From: Eledone cirrhosa
Taxonomy: Eukaryota
Length of the DNA: 64,000 nt
Assembly (NCBI GenBank): GCA_964016885.1
Contig: OZ024746.1
Span: 82,646,001 to 82,710,000, forward strand
Reading direction: 5' to 3'
A program made the translations under genes and the position numbers. Positions 47,137-62,194 of this stretch are shown one piece after another. The notes below the pieces were generated by a model that did not search any database, was not told where the DNA came from, and saw nothing but the letters and a program-made list of their open reading frames with translations. How positions within the stretch are numbered: the stretch's first letter is position 1; each line of letters begins with the position of its first letter.

Positions 47137-47222
47137 GTAGGAGGTGAGTTTTATTGTAGTACAATAAAGCAATGCATATATCGGATAAGAAGCACTCTAC
47201 AGTTTGTAGGACTGGAGTATAC

Positions 47223-47349
47223 ATAATATATAAGATCAAAAGATGGTTAAATGAGTTCCATGTATTTTATTATGCGCATAATAAAAATTGAAATGCGCAT
47301 AATAAAATACATGGAACTCATTTAATCATCTTTTGATCTTATATATTAT
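47223..47349. repeat. Fold-back inverted repeat (57-bp arms, 13-nt loop)
   Basis: 47223-47279 versus 47293-47349, one difference. Confidence 0.95.
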
Positions 47350-47565
47350 ATATATATATATGTAAAAGTTCTATTTAAATTGTTGGGATGCAACAAATAA
47401 AAATATTTTTATAACTGATATAAAGCACTCAACAAATAATTGGAGTAAAAATACGATATTAATAAATGGAAACTATATTTATCAAACCATATTTATTTCA
47501 TTATACATATTTCAAGGATGAAAGCACACCATAATTTAACTTGGTGTCCTTGAAATATGTATAAT

Positions 47566-47747
47566 TGTTTCTACATTAGGCACAAGGCCAGCAATTACCC
47601 ACTGCATTACTGGTACTTTATTTTATCGACCCCGTAAGGATGAAAGGCAAAGTTAACCTCGGCGGGATTTGAACTCAGTCCGTAAAGGGACGTAACTATG
47701 CTGCAAAGCATGGCGTCCGACCCTCTACCGATACTGCCAACCCACCG
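47566..47747 (-). mobile_element. SINE family A with 15-bp TSD, inserted into a hairpin arm
   Basis: TSD TGAAATATGTATAAT at 47551 and 47748. Confidence 0.93.
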
Positions 47748-47774
47748 TGAAATATGTATAATGAAATAAATATA

Positions 47775-47960
<186 letters not shown>

Positions 47961-48104
47961 ATATATATATATATGTATGTATATATATATATATATATAT
48001 ATACATATATACATACATATATATATATATATATGTATGTATATATGTAAATATATATATATGTATATATATATATGTACATATATATGTATATATATAT
48101 ATGG

Positions 48105-48512
48105 GAGAGATGACCCCTTAGCCTTTGTCAAGGTAGAATTCTAGGAGAAGGAACACTCTGATATAACACCTGCAACCCTGATGGTATCCAATGATGTTGA
48201 CTTGTTCTTCTTTTTGGTAAATATCATCTTGGTTAAGAGAGTGGGACTGGCTTTGTGCAGTGCCTTTGCTCACTATAAAAGCTTCACGGCACAGGCATTG
48301 CTTTATATCTGGAGATCTCTCTGCACTTGTCGTCACTTGGTACCATGGGCCCAGCACTATGTGTCAATAATTGTCACAAGTGTAGTGTTTGTACCAGAGT
48401 TTTCAAGTCGCTGGCTGGACTAAAAAGTCACATTCGTTTAGCGCATCGGTAGGGGTTCTCCTACATGGATATAAAGTAGTGGCCGTACTCGAAAACGAGT
48501 TGGCAGCCACCA
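48105..48512 (+). mobile_element. RTE-clade LINE 3' end with terminal C2H2 finger
   Basis: HKCSVCTRVFKSLAGLKSHIRLAHR*, then an ACTCG-aaaa-CGAGT 3' hairpin; flanked by (TA)n. Confidence 0.7.
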
Positions 48513-48678
48513 TATATATATATATATACACATACATACTGTATCATATAGGTATTATATTATAGATATGATTGATCAATGTTTTTCTATAACTTGTAAG
48601 AAAAAGTGACAAGATATATTTTATACAATTTTCAAACCCACTTTCCTGATATGCCCACATTCGCACAAACACATATAA

Positions 48679-48770
<92 letters not shown>

Positions 48771-48928
48771 TTATTTATTAACACATATAGACAGACACAT
48801 CTGAATGTTTCTATGCGCCTATATATATATATATATATATATATATAACTTCGATTCATACCTAATATATTATAATATACATGTATATATATATTTATAT
48901 AATTTATGTATGTATATATATGTGTGTC

Positions 48929-48962
<34 letters not shown>

Positions 48963-48987
48963 TATATGTATATATGCATATATACAT

Positions 48988-49020
<33 letters not shown>

Positions 49021-49523
49021 CATATACATATACTATACATAAACATATATACATATATATACATATACTATACATACATATATATACATATACTATACAT
49101 ACACATATGTATATGAAATACATATATCTAAAATGCAAATATATATATGCATATATATATATATATATGCATATATATATAGTCATTTATATATATATAT
49201 ATATATATATATATGCATATATATATATATATATATATATGCATATATATACAGGCGTGATTAGTATGTAGGCGCGCGTCGGAATTAATCAAAGTAAAGT
49301 TCCTTTAAAACGTATAAAAGTTAATACATTAGAATTTAAAAAAGTTAAATACACTCCCACATCTATATACATACATACATATATACATACATATATACAT
49401 ACTTATATACATACATATATACATACACACACACATACACACACACAAACGCACACATACACACACACACACACACACATCCATATATACATACATAGGT
49501 ACATACACACATACACACATACA

Positions 49524-49557
<34 letters not shown>

Positions 49558-50297
49558 CATACATACATACATACATACACACACACATACACACATACAC
49601 ACATACATACACACATACATACACACACACATACATACATACACACATACATACATACACACATACATACATACACACATACATACATACATACATACAT
49701 ACATACATACATACATACATACATACATACATACATACATGTATGTTAGAAGCCGACTGTCTATTGGTAAAAATTTATAAAATTTATAAAACCAGAAGAA
49801 CCTACATGCATACATACATGGACACACACACACACATATACACACATATATATATATACTACATGCATACATACGTACAAAGCGTGAATGGAAGAGAGAA
49901 TGAGAGAGAGAATGAGAGAGAGGTGAAAGTTTGGAGTAACAGTTTCAGTAGAAATGGTTAATATATAAGTATATAACATGAATTGATAAGTATATTTTTA
50001 CTGACAGCTTAGTCATATTTGTACATCTGAATATATTGTATGAATTTGTGTCTATTTATCTTGCTCGATCTTAATCTATCAATACATTCTTCAACACACA
50101 CACACACACATGAACGCACACACACACGCGCGCACGCACGCACACACGCACGCACACACACACACACGCGCACACACGCACACACACACACATACATACA
50201 CATACAAACACACATACAACCATGCACGCCCACACGCCCACACGCACCCACATATACACACATATATGTGTTCACACGTTTGTGCAACTAAGCCTTT

Positions 50298-50344
<47 letters not shown>

Positions 50345-50406
50345 CTCTATATATATATACACAGTATATATATATATTATATATTATATATAGATGTAGA
50401 TATGTT

Positions 50407-50497
<91 letters not shown>

Positions 50498-50573
50498 TAT
50501 ATATATATTATATATTATATATAGATGTAGATATGTTTATACACACACACACATATATATATATATATTTATA

Positions 50574-50656
<83 letters not shown>

Positions 50657-51375
50657 CATAGATCACATGTATCTATGTATATATGAATGTATATTATTCT
50701 TTTTTTTTTCTAATCTATGTATCTTCTCTATCTACCTATGTCACTATCTTTATTTCTATTTTATATCTATTTTATTTGTTTGTTGATATAATTTATGGCT
50801 GCTTCTGAAGTAAAAGACAAACAAACACCCAACCAACCAACCAACCAACCAAACAAACAAACAAAAAAAAAAACCGAACAAAAACAAAACAAAAAAGCAC
50901 CAAAACGAAATACTGTAGTAGCATCACCAGCAGCACCAGTAGCAGGAATAACATCATCATCATCAGCAGCAGCAACAACATCAACAACGGCATTCATTGT
51001 AGCAGACGACATTCCTGTGTTGCTTAATTTTAATATTAAATTCACCATTGACAGTTTGCTTCTAAAATCTATTTATTTTTACTGAGCAGCCGACATCCAG
51101 ACATTTGTCATTTTCTAAGGCTTTAGACCTTAACGTTACTTTTGAAAAATGACCTTGTTCTTTTGAAAATGTCACTTCATAATTGAACCAAATGGATTAT
51201 CACAACCAAATGGAAATATATTGGAAAAAAGAAGCAAAGAGAAAAAAGACATACAATTTCACGAAACAATTTAAAAATAAACACGTACACACTCAAATAA
51301 TTGAAATATGAAAGTAAATGGTTACAGAAAAGTATACTGTAGTTTTTGTCATTTGCGAAATAATAATCATTGCTA

Positions 51376-51900
51376 AGGCGGCGAATTGGCTGAGTCGTTA
51401 GAACATCGGATAGATACTTTGTGGTATTCGTTACGGTTCTCTGTTCTCTGAGTTCAAATCTCGCCGAGGTCAACTTTGCCTTTCATCCATTCAAGGTTGA
51501 TAAAAGAAAGTACCAGTTTAGTACTGGGCCGATTCTTCCTCTATGTCTCTTTCTCATTACCATACTGCCTCTCTCTATCCTTCTATCGATCTAGAGAGGA
51601 TATGGGCTCCTCCAGATTTTTAAATGTCAATACGGTGTTTCTAGGATAACGTCTCCCCCAGGAGTTACGGACCGTGCATACATGCAATGATTGTTAATTT
51701 TGGAACAAGGTCAGCAAATCTTTGGGAGAAGGGCAAAGTTGATTAAATCAAACCCAGTTGACTGGTACTTAATTTTATACCTCGGAAGGATGAAAAGCAA
51801 AGTTAACCTTGGTGGGATTTGAACTCAGAACGTAAAGAGCCGGAACACATGCTGCTAAAATTACTCCGACGCTCTAACAACTCTGCTAACCCACCGCTCT
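51376..51900. mobile_element. SINE family B (51376-51685 +) and old SINE A (51690-51900 -)
   Basis: A/B boxes, core and respective tails. Confidence 0.8.
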
Positions 51901-52012
51901 CATTTGAGAAATAATAATGAAAAAATTCAAAATAAATATTTCTAATTGAAGTATGTATATGTAATCTCAGGCGGCGAATTGGCCGTTAGAACGACGTGTG
52001 CAGGTATATATA

Positions 52013-52419
52013 CGAGGGCAATCCCCAAAGTAAGGTCTCCTTCCGATATTGCAACTTCCGATATTGCAACTTTTCCGTTAAAATCCTGTGGATGGTGCTT
52101 CGGGAAACCCCAGGAACCAAAATGCAGAGAGCATCCAGAGTGATCCGCCGATCTTTACGCCTGTTTTCCTCGGAAGGAGACCTTACTTTTGGGATTGCCC
52201 TCTATATAATAACTGCGCGAAATTCGCACTTGGCGGTAGCGTTCAACGGGAGCTCCATTCTCAACGGCTGCCAAGCCAAGATTGAGCATCCCAGCGAAGT
52301 GCGCGCATGCTTGTCTGGGAGTGAAGGAAGCGCCAATCACAACAGTGTTGCCAACAGCCGTACGAACAGTTTCTCTGCGTCCCCATCGCTTTGGAGACCT
52401 TACTTTTGGGATTACCTTC

Positions 52420-52420
<1 letters not shown>
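52013..52420. mobile_element. Mariner-type MITE with one left and two right TIRs
   Basis: TA-CGAGGGCAATCCCCAAAGTAAGGTCTCC at 52013; inverse copies at 52176-52202 and 52393-52420, each followed by TA. Confidence 0.85.
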
Positions 52421-52828
<408 letters not shown>

Positions 52829-52859
52829 ATATGTATACACTCGCTCACCTCCGTACACA

Positions 52860-53145
52860 AATAGGTCCAGTGATCTTTATCGAGTACTCCAGTTCAAGGT
52901 CTAATGATTTTGATGTCTTATGTACGCATGAAATAATTTCTGTATGAGACGTGTTTATTGGGAGTATGTGTCATAGCTAGGTGTGCCTGCATACTTTCAG
53001 TCGTTCAATGGCTACACTGCTTGTTATTATCTCCGTATGGGAAAGCCTTACCTAATACCTTCCACTTGCGGCTGTTTTCAAGTACCAGATGTAACTATAT
53101 AAAGCTGTAACATATTTCCTATTAGTGTTCCGAAATAGATGGTTA
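52860..53145 (-). mobile_element. PLE GIY-YIG endonuclease C-terminal remnant
   Basis: NHLFRNTNRKYVTALYSYIWYLK..KWKVLGKAFPYGDNNKQCSH...TEIISCVH (pattern T.LS.YIW.LK..W.I...PY...C.LC..E...C.H). Confidence 0.72.
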
Positions 53146-53304
53146 TGCTGGTAGTAGCGTTACTTGAAATGGGTGGAAGTGAAGCTATATATATTTTGAA
53201 TGATTGTAATGTGCAAACTTTTTTCTACACTAAAAGAAACAGGACTAGCTCTAAAAGAGTTATTAGTTTAATAAATGAAATATGTATGTATGTATGTACA
53301 CATG

Positions 53305-53418
<114 letters not shown>

Positions 53419-53635
53419 TGTGTATTCATTTTTTTGTTATCTGAACGAACGTGTAGAAGCGGGAAGCCCAGTAGCGACGGAAATAATTAATCTTCTGCTT
53501 TGAATGAATAAAATCTACGTGTATCTAATAACATTTCTCCTGTCCGTACACTCTAACGTACGTGCGCGTACACGAATAGACATTCATACAAACACACATG
53601 CACAAACATACTCACTCATATCTGTTTCTCTATCT

Positions 53636-53745
<110 letters not shown>

Positions 53746-53794
53746 ATGAGTCTGGAAAACACATACACACACACACGCATATATATATGTGTAT

Positions 53795-53937
<143 letters not shown>

Positions 53938-54046
53938 CATATATATACATACATATATATACATATATACATACATATATATATATATATACATATATAT
54001 ATATGTATATATACATATACATATATATATATATATACATACATAC

Positions 54047-54079
<33 letters not shown>

Positions 54080-54621
54080 AAGGGAGAGAGAGAGGGTGAG
54101 AGAAAGAAAGAGTATGTGTATGGGTAAAATAGAGAACGCTTTTGTTTACTATTGATATCATGGCTGTCATTTGCAATAATAATAAAAATAATTCGTCTTA
54201 GCTAAAAAAAAAAGATTGGCCGTCTTTCTCTATATTTACAGTAACCATAATCGATCTTAAATCTAATACAGTAAGAGCGATTATTTTGTCAACTAACAAG
54301 CTCGTACAAGCTTTCTATTCTCTCTTTAGAGACAAACCAACAGTGAAGGTGACCTATAGAATAAGAGTTAAGTACGGTCCTTAACTTCTGATGGAATTAC
54401 AAGAGGAACCGTCTTAATAAACGTTCTGTGTGTGTGTGTGTGCGTGTGTGCGCGCGTGTGTGTGTGTGAATGTATGTGTGGCTGTGTGGCTGTGTGTGTG
54501 TTTGCGTGGGAGTGGGAGTGTCTGCGTGAGTGTGTGTGTGTGTGTGTGAGTGTGAGAGTGTGTGTCAGTATGAGAGTGTGTGTGTCTGTGCGGGAGTGCG
54601 TGTCGGTGTGGGTGTGTGTGT

Positions 54622-55040
54622 GTGTGTCAGTGTGAGAGTGTGTGTCTCCCTGAGTGTGTGTCAGTGTGAGAGTGTGTGTCTCCCTGAGCGTGTGTGTTAG
54701 TGTGAGACTGTGTGTCTCCATGAGTGTGTGTCAGTGTGAGAGTGTGTGTCTCCCTGAGTGTGTGTCAGTGTGAGAGTGTGTGTCTCCCTGAGTGTGTGTT
54801 AGTGTGAGAGAGTGTGTGTCTCCCTGAGTGTGTGTCAGTGTGAGAGTGTGTGTCTCCCTGAGTGTGTGTCAGTGTGAGAGTGTGTGTCTCCCTGAGTGTG
54901 TGTCAGTGTGAGAGTGTGTGTCTCCCTGAGTGTGTGTCAGTGTGAGAGTGTGTGTCTCCCTGAGTGTGTGTTAGTGTGAGAGTGTGTGTCTCCCTGAGTG
55001 TGTGTCAGTGTGAGAGTGTGTGTCTCCCTGAGTGTGTGTG
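54622..55040. repeat. 34-bp minisatellite, ~12 copies
   Basis: GTGTGTGTCAGTGTGAGAGTGTGTGTCTCCCTGA. Confidence 0.95.
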
Positions 55041-55334
55041 TGTCTTCCTGAGAGTCTGTGTCTCTGTCAAAGTGTCTTTTTGCGCGAGTGTGTGTGTGTG
55101 TCAGAACACAGTCAATTTATTTCAGAGAAACAAAATGACATCGATCCTAGTATTGGATTGGTATTTTATTTATCGATCTCGAAAGAATAAAAGGCAAAGG
55201 ATTTGAACTCTGAACGCAATGAGTTGGAACACATGCCAAAGCCTTTTTAATCCGACGCCTTTATATCGCCTTAATTACGGTATTATAGAATCGTAATCTT
55301 ACTCTATATCGTATTTGATTCTAATCTGTCAGAT

Positions 55335-55655
55335 AATAATTGTTTCTACTTTTGGCACAAGGCCAGCAATTACTCCAGTACGTTACTGGTACTTTATTTT
55401 ATCGATCCCGTAAGGATGAAAGGTAAAGTTAACCTCGGCGGGATAAGGGCAGATAATAATGGTTGTGGATTGGCAGAATCGTTAGAGCGTCGGACACCAT
55501 ACTTTACAGCATAGAGTGTCGACGCTTTATGATCTGAGTTCACATCCCGCCGACGTTAACTTTGCCTTTCATCCTTACGGGGTGGATAAAATAAAGTACC
55601 AGTAATGCACTGGGGTAATAGCTGGCCTTGTGTCAAAAATAGAAATAATTATAAT
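55335..55655. mobile_element. Divergent SINE A pair (55340-55445 -, 55465-55655 +)
   Basis: Core and tail in opposite orientations; AGATAATAAT duplicated at 55331 and 55451. Confidence 0.9.
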
Positions 55656-56174
55656 TACATTCACATCTCAGATGTTTAATAGGAATACTAAACGTTCTCC
55701 TATACTAGACTGGTATCTTATTTCATTTTATAGAAGGATCAAAAGCTCAGTTGACCATGGTAGGATATGACATAAGGGGTCGTAACTAAATACTGCAGAC
55801 AAGTTATACGGAATGAACCTCCGTCGTTTTCGACGACGAGGGTTCCAGTTGTTCGATCAGCGGAATAGCCTGTTCGTGAAATCCACGTATAAAGGACTGA
55901 GCATTCCCCAAACATGTTTACACTTTACATAAATCTCAGAGAAATTCACCATGACTCCGTGTATGCCATAGCTGCCTCTTTGAATTACAAGAACAGTTCA
56001 TCCGACGGGATACAAAACAATTTTCGTCTGCCCAATTTCATTCACAAGGCATGGATCAACCCATGGCTATCGTATATAACACTTGCCCAAGATGCCATGA
56101 AAAGAAATCGAGCATGGCACCAAATGACTGCGAAATGAACTTTTTTCACCATTCAGCCATACTGCTCTAACAAT

Positions 56175-56800
56175 TCTGTAAGTAATAATGGTTTCTTATA
56201 AAGGCACAAGGCCAGCAATTTTTGGGGGACGGGAAAGTCGATTAAATCGACTCCAGTGCGTATTTTTGAGGAAAGCATGAACACAACCCCCTCCCTTATT
56301 CTATTACAAATCTGAAACATTTCTTATTAAGTGTTTATTTCTATAAACGGTTTTTCAGTTATATATAATTGTTTCTACTTTTGGTACAAGGCCAGCAATT
56401 ACCCCAGTGCATTACTGGTCCTTTATTTTATCGACCCCGGAAGGATGAAGGGCAAAGCTAACCTCGGCGGGATTTGAACTCAGATCATAAAGGGCCATAA
56501 CTCTACGCTACAAAGCATGGTGTCCGATACTACCAATCCACCGCGCTGATTCTGTAAGTAATAATGGTTTCTTATATAGGCACAAGGCCAGCAATTTTGG
56601 GGGAGGGGAAAGTCGATTAAATCGACCCCAGTGCGTGACTGGTACTTTATTTTATCGACCCGGTAAGGATGAAAAGCTAAGTTAACCTCGGCGGGATTTG
56701 AACTCAGATCATAAAGGGCCGTAACTCTATGCTTCAAAGCATGGCGCCCAACCCTCTACCGATACTGCCAATCCACCGCCCTATTTTGTAAGTAATAATA
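56175..56800 (-). mobile_element. Three consecutive SINE A copies (truncated long, short, full long)
   Basis: TGTAAGTAATAAT recurs at ~56176, ~56554 and ~56787. Confidence 0.9.
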
Positions 56801-57242
56801 CAATCAATTTTTTTGTCTGTCTCTCTACCGATTTTACCATCATTCACTTTGCCACTGCAATTATGACTTTCAATCGAAGACCTATTAAATATCTATCAAG
56901 AATATCCATGAGACTTGTATCCATATTGACCAGCGTTTATTCATGACACTTAGCTTTATCAGAAAGTAAACATGATTGAAAGGAACGATTATAATTACTT
57001 TTTTTAGAAAATCCACCTTTATGCAATTTATATAGTATAACATCGCCTGTTATCTCGTCTACATTGTAATAGCAATTCGTGAGACATTTCGATCTAAACG
57101 TGTTTGACACACATGCTTAATCACCTTTTATGATAACCCCATTCGCAGACACTATCTAATGATAATAGACTGGACTGGTAATAAATGATAATCACCTGGT
57201 GGTATCAGAATCTTAGATTGACTTGACATACACACACAGACA

Positions 57243-57303
<61 letters not shown>

Positions 57304-57479
57304 TACACACACACAATAAATGTATATACAAATGTATACATATACGACAGTTCCCGCCTAGTAAAATCATTCACATAGGCCGCCCCGTGATTATAGTATA
57401 TTAGTATATGACACTCGTCGAGCGTGACGTGTTGTGGAACCGGACCCGAAACCTCGAGGTTTCGTAGCAGACTACTTAA

Positions 57480-57582
<103 letters not shown>

Positions 57583-57589
57583 CATATAT

Positions 57590-57693
<104 letters not shown>

Positions 57694-57887
57694 TGAGGTA
57701 TGTATGTGTATGGTTGGTGTCTGTGTGTAAATGTGCGCGCATGCGTGTGTGTGTGTGTGTGTGTATGTGTGTGGAGTACTCAATAGATCTCGCAATGCTT
57801 ATTTATTCATTTATGAGATACTACACCATCATTCTATTGCTACTCTGTACGCTTGGCAAACGATTGGGTGAAATTTCAGTTTGCATG

Positions 57888-57935
<48 letters not shown>

Positions 57936-58030
57936 AGATATATTGACATATGTATATGCACTGATATATACTTATGCATATTTACTAGTATGAATTTATA
58001 TATACATACATACACACACACACACACACA

Positions 58031-58098
<68 letters not shown>

Positions 58099-58235
58099 TT
58101 ATTTATGTATATATATGTATATATACATATACATGCGTATACATATATTCACACATATATATATATATATTCATATATATATATATGTATATATACATAT
58201 ACATGCGTATACATATATTCACATATATATATATA

Positions 58236-58346
<111 letters not shown>

Positions 58347-58619
58347 GCGCATGAGGAAATTGATAGACAGATGAATGATTTCTATTCGTGTAGTTACCCA
58401 TTCACTCAGAAAGTGAAATCTAATTCATATAAATTCAAGAGACATTTTCAGAGCTTCGAAAGAAGCAAGAAGCAAACACATTACAGTGGTGTGTTCAATG
58501 GGAAGTGCAAAAGGTGTTCTGCTTATCATATTTGAAGGAACGCATAATTCCAGAACATACTTGTAGTCGTGCTTCATTACCTCTTTCATGTAAATCATGT
58601 AAATATACACACAGAAACA

Positions 58620-58790
<171 letters not shown>

Positions 58791-59093
58791 TAATTCTACG
58801 TATGTCAGATCCGTGAAATAAACGTATAAATGGTAATATACTTACAGACAATTTCGCACGTGTATCTTTTTCTCTTCTTCTTTCTCTCTCTTTTCTGTGT
58901 ATCTTTCCTTCTCTTCCTCTCTCCCTATCTGTTAATCTATCGATTTATCTACCTATCTATTTCTCTTTCTCCCTGTATATATATACATATATATATATAT
59001 AAATATATATATATATGTATATATGTATGTGTGTGTGTATATATACATATACATGCGTATACATATATTCACATATATATATATATATATATA

Positions 59094-59145
<52 letters not shown>

Positions 59146-59431
59146 TACACGCATATATGCACATGTGTGTGTGTGTAGCCACTTACAAAGCGGACACATT
59201 GAAAATGAAAGATAAATGTGTGCTAGGTATGAGTCGAATCACATTTCTTAGCAATTGCCTTGGAGCCTGACCAATTAATACTAATAATAAAATTCTCAAT
59301 GAATACAGTCTAGAATAATCGCCGAATAATTCACATTAATCTATAAGAATGGTAAGAGCGCTAATCAAAGCATAGACGCATCAAATTAAGGACCAAGTTG
59401 TATTTTTACCTGAGAAGTTACTGATTATACA

Positions 59432-59625
59432 CAGACCTGCCAACCTCTAAAAAACCCCAAACAGGGAGTATCATGCAAAAAAAGTGCCCCAAAACGGGGA
59501 GAAATGAGGCAAAATGGGGAGATTTTACATAATGAAGGTTATACCTATTTTCACAAGAGAAGATATTTCTCACTCACCCCAAAGTGGGTGGGAGATCTCG
59601 TCGAACGAGGAGAATTGACAGTCTG
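59432..59625 (+). mobile_element. MITE with CAGACCTGCCAAC-type TIRs (hAT-like; superfamily uncertain)
   Basis: CAGACCTGCCAAC ... TTGACAGTCTG; partial copies at 14165 and ~59990-60045; no clear TSD. Confidence 0.65.
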
Positions 59626-60044
59626 TATATATGGCATCAATTTTGAGCCCCCATTCCTGTGCCACTTGAAAAATCTACCCAATTGATTGGCATTTCTTCA
59701 TTTACCGAAACAGTGCAACCTCTAATCATCCCGCTAATTTACTGTATCTCCCAGATATCTCTATTGCCATGTCTACCATAAAGATTCCGTTGTTGTATAG
59801 CGCTATGTTTCTTCTGATCAAAGACTATGACCATTATGTATTTTTTCCTATATGCAATATTAGCTAACCTTCCCTTTTCTAAGATGTGATTTGAATGAGA
59901 TTTGACTGCTATTTTTAGTATGTAAAGCAACCACGTAGATTTAATCAACTTTCCCCGTCTCCTTCAATTGCTGCCCTTGTGTCAAAAGCAGAAACCCCAA
60001 ACGGGGAGTACCATGAAAAAAAAAGTGCCCTAAAACGTGGAGAA

Positions 60045-60230
60045 ATTGGCAGTATCGGTAGAGGGTCGGACGCCATGCTTTTGCCAGCATAGAGTTGCGT
60101 CCCTTTATGATCTGAGTTCAAATCCCGCCGAGGTTAACTTTGCCTTTCATCCTTAAGGGGTCGATAAAATAAATTACTAGTAATACACTGGGATAATTGC
60201 TGGCCTTGTGCCAAAAGTAGAAACAATTAT
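60045..60230 (+). mobile_element. SINE family A (short form)
   Basis: A/B boxes, core and tail. Confidence 0.92.
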
Positions 60231-61034
60231 TCACTGTTGAGATAGTTAAACGCTTTTTTAAAGACGCTCCTGGAAGTAAAAAAAAAACAAATTTTTATTG
60301 GACTAACTTGCACAGATAATTTGAAAAACTTGTGGAAAGTCTACCAATATAAGGTTCAGACAAAATATCAATTTTTTCATATATTTTTAGACAAACTTTT
60401 TTTTTCATATCGTCTGTACAATAAAATGGCTTTCAAAATAAGGATCCACGTCTCCCTCAAAAATTGACATTGAACGAAATAACAGAGTAACAAAACCCAG
60501 AAAACAGACTAAAAACAATCAAGTAAAATAATTTAAATGCACAGCAAAATTATATTTTTACAGCAATCATTTCAAAGTTCACGAGTGGAAATGTTGTCAC
60601 TAGTAATAACAATTAGACTGACATATATATCACTTCATACCAAGTGAAAACATTTCGATAGCTTCACATGCAAGGGAGATCGTTGCTAGCGATGTAAATG
60701 ACACGGGATAGTTAAACATGAATCACTTCCTAGAGAAACTTTCATTGTGGGACAAACACGCTTTGAACTGCAGCATTTGTCTGCTTCCACAAGGCTTCAT
60801 ACAAGAGCAAGCTTAGGGAAAAATATTTATCCCTGCCTTCTAAAAAAATGGAAGGTGTTTTATATTATCTCAAAAGAACAAATGAAGGAAAACCCGTCAG
60901 ATGTGTGTAAAGAAATTGCTCGTGTGCATTATTTTTAAAAGTTAAAATGCAGCTCCCAAAACAGGCAGAAATTGAGAGACACATGTTGGCACGTACACTT
61001 GTACCCTAATATTTGGGACAGAGAAATACAAGAG

Positions 61035-61800
61035 AAAGATAGTTTGGCTTTTAAACCCACCTCCCTTCTTCTGATTACCGAATGCTGAAGCTGGCGCATT
61101 ACTGCACCAGCTCCTGCTATTCTTGCACTTATTTTGGCCTCGTACATTCCATCACTCGTGAACATGGCCCCGAGATACTTGAACTTCTCCACCTTCTTCA
61201 GTGAAAGTCCATTCACATACAGAGTGATTTGTCTTCGATTTCCATTATTACATATTCATTTATGGATGTCTTTGTTCTAGAAGGTGTTCATAATTGAGGG
61301 CCCATTACTAGAACAAACATCCAATAAGACTCCCCTCCCCACATTCGTATTTAGGTTGGGATCACCGTTTCTTCCAATCATTCATTTACATGTCAGGTAG
61401 TCAGTGCGAACATGTGCATTGAAATCTCCCATCAGGATATATGACTCAGACTTAACTACATCTAACGCTGCAGTGACTTTATCAAGGCAGGATCTGAAAC
61501 ATTCCAGTTACCAATTGTTAAGGTTTGCTCTCTTCCGGACCTTCTTTGATGTCTCGGGATACATAAACTTTGTGCGTCCATTCCACGCCTCTTAGGACAT
61601 GTCGCAGGCCCATCGCCAGTTCTTGCAGCGTTCGATGGAGACTGCAATATATTTTTCGAACAGGCCACTCTACCTAAGACCTGAACTCGTCCCTTGTTAT
61701 CTCGTTCGAAGGACGATGTGGCATGACTGCCTTTCTTGTTTCTCGCCATATTTCAGTGTATTGGTGGGTTTTTTTTTTCGCGCTAGTCACTAGTTTGGTA
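61035..61800 (-). mobile_element. Internally deleted RTE-clade LINE (APE start, APE core, post-RT segment)
   Basis: LTIGNWNV; ILMGDFNAHV; LLDVCSSNGPSIMNTF; LKKVEKFKYLGAMFTSDG...ISARIAGAGAVMRQL. Confidence 0.88.
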
Positions 61801-62194
61801 CTTTTTGCCAACCCTCGAAGAATAGGCTTTTTTAGAGGCGGCCTTTACTCGCTTCGACGTAGCTGCAACACTGGATTGTCTTACATATCTACTTTTAAAT
61901 TAATACCTTCTTTTATTGTGTTCATATTTGAGTAAGCTTTAGTTTCTTTATACTTATTCCTTATTTGTTCATTATTTTTTACACAAATTTTATAGTGTTT
62001 TTCACCCACTATTTTTGTATAACTTTCTCATACTTCCCTACACGTTTTCTGTAACAGTTTCTTATATTTTGTGTAATTGTATGTATGTATGTATGTATGT
62101 ATGTATGTATGTATGTATGTATGTATGTATGTATGTATGTATGTATGTATGTATGTATGTATGTATGTATGTATGTATTATTAATGGGAGAAAG

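Noticed and set aside
48370-48455. C2H2 zinc-finger host gene
   Set aside because: A single terminal finger with a disrupted upstream frame and an RTE-like 3' hairpin; better explained as a LINE end.
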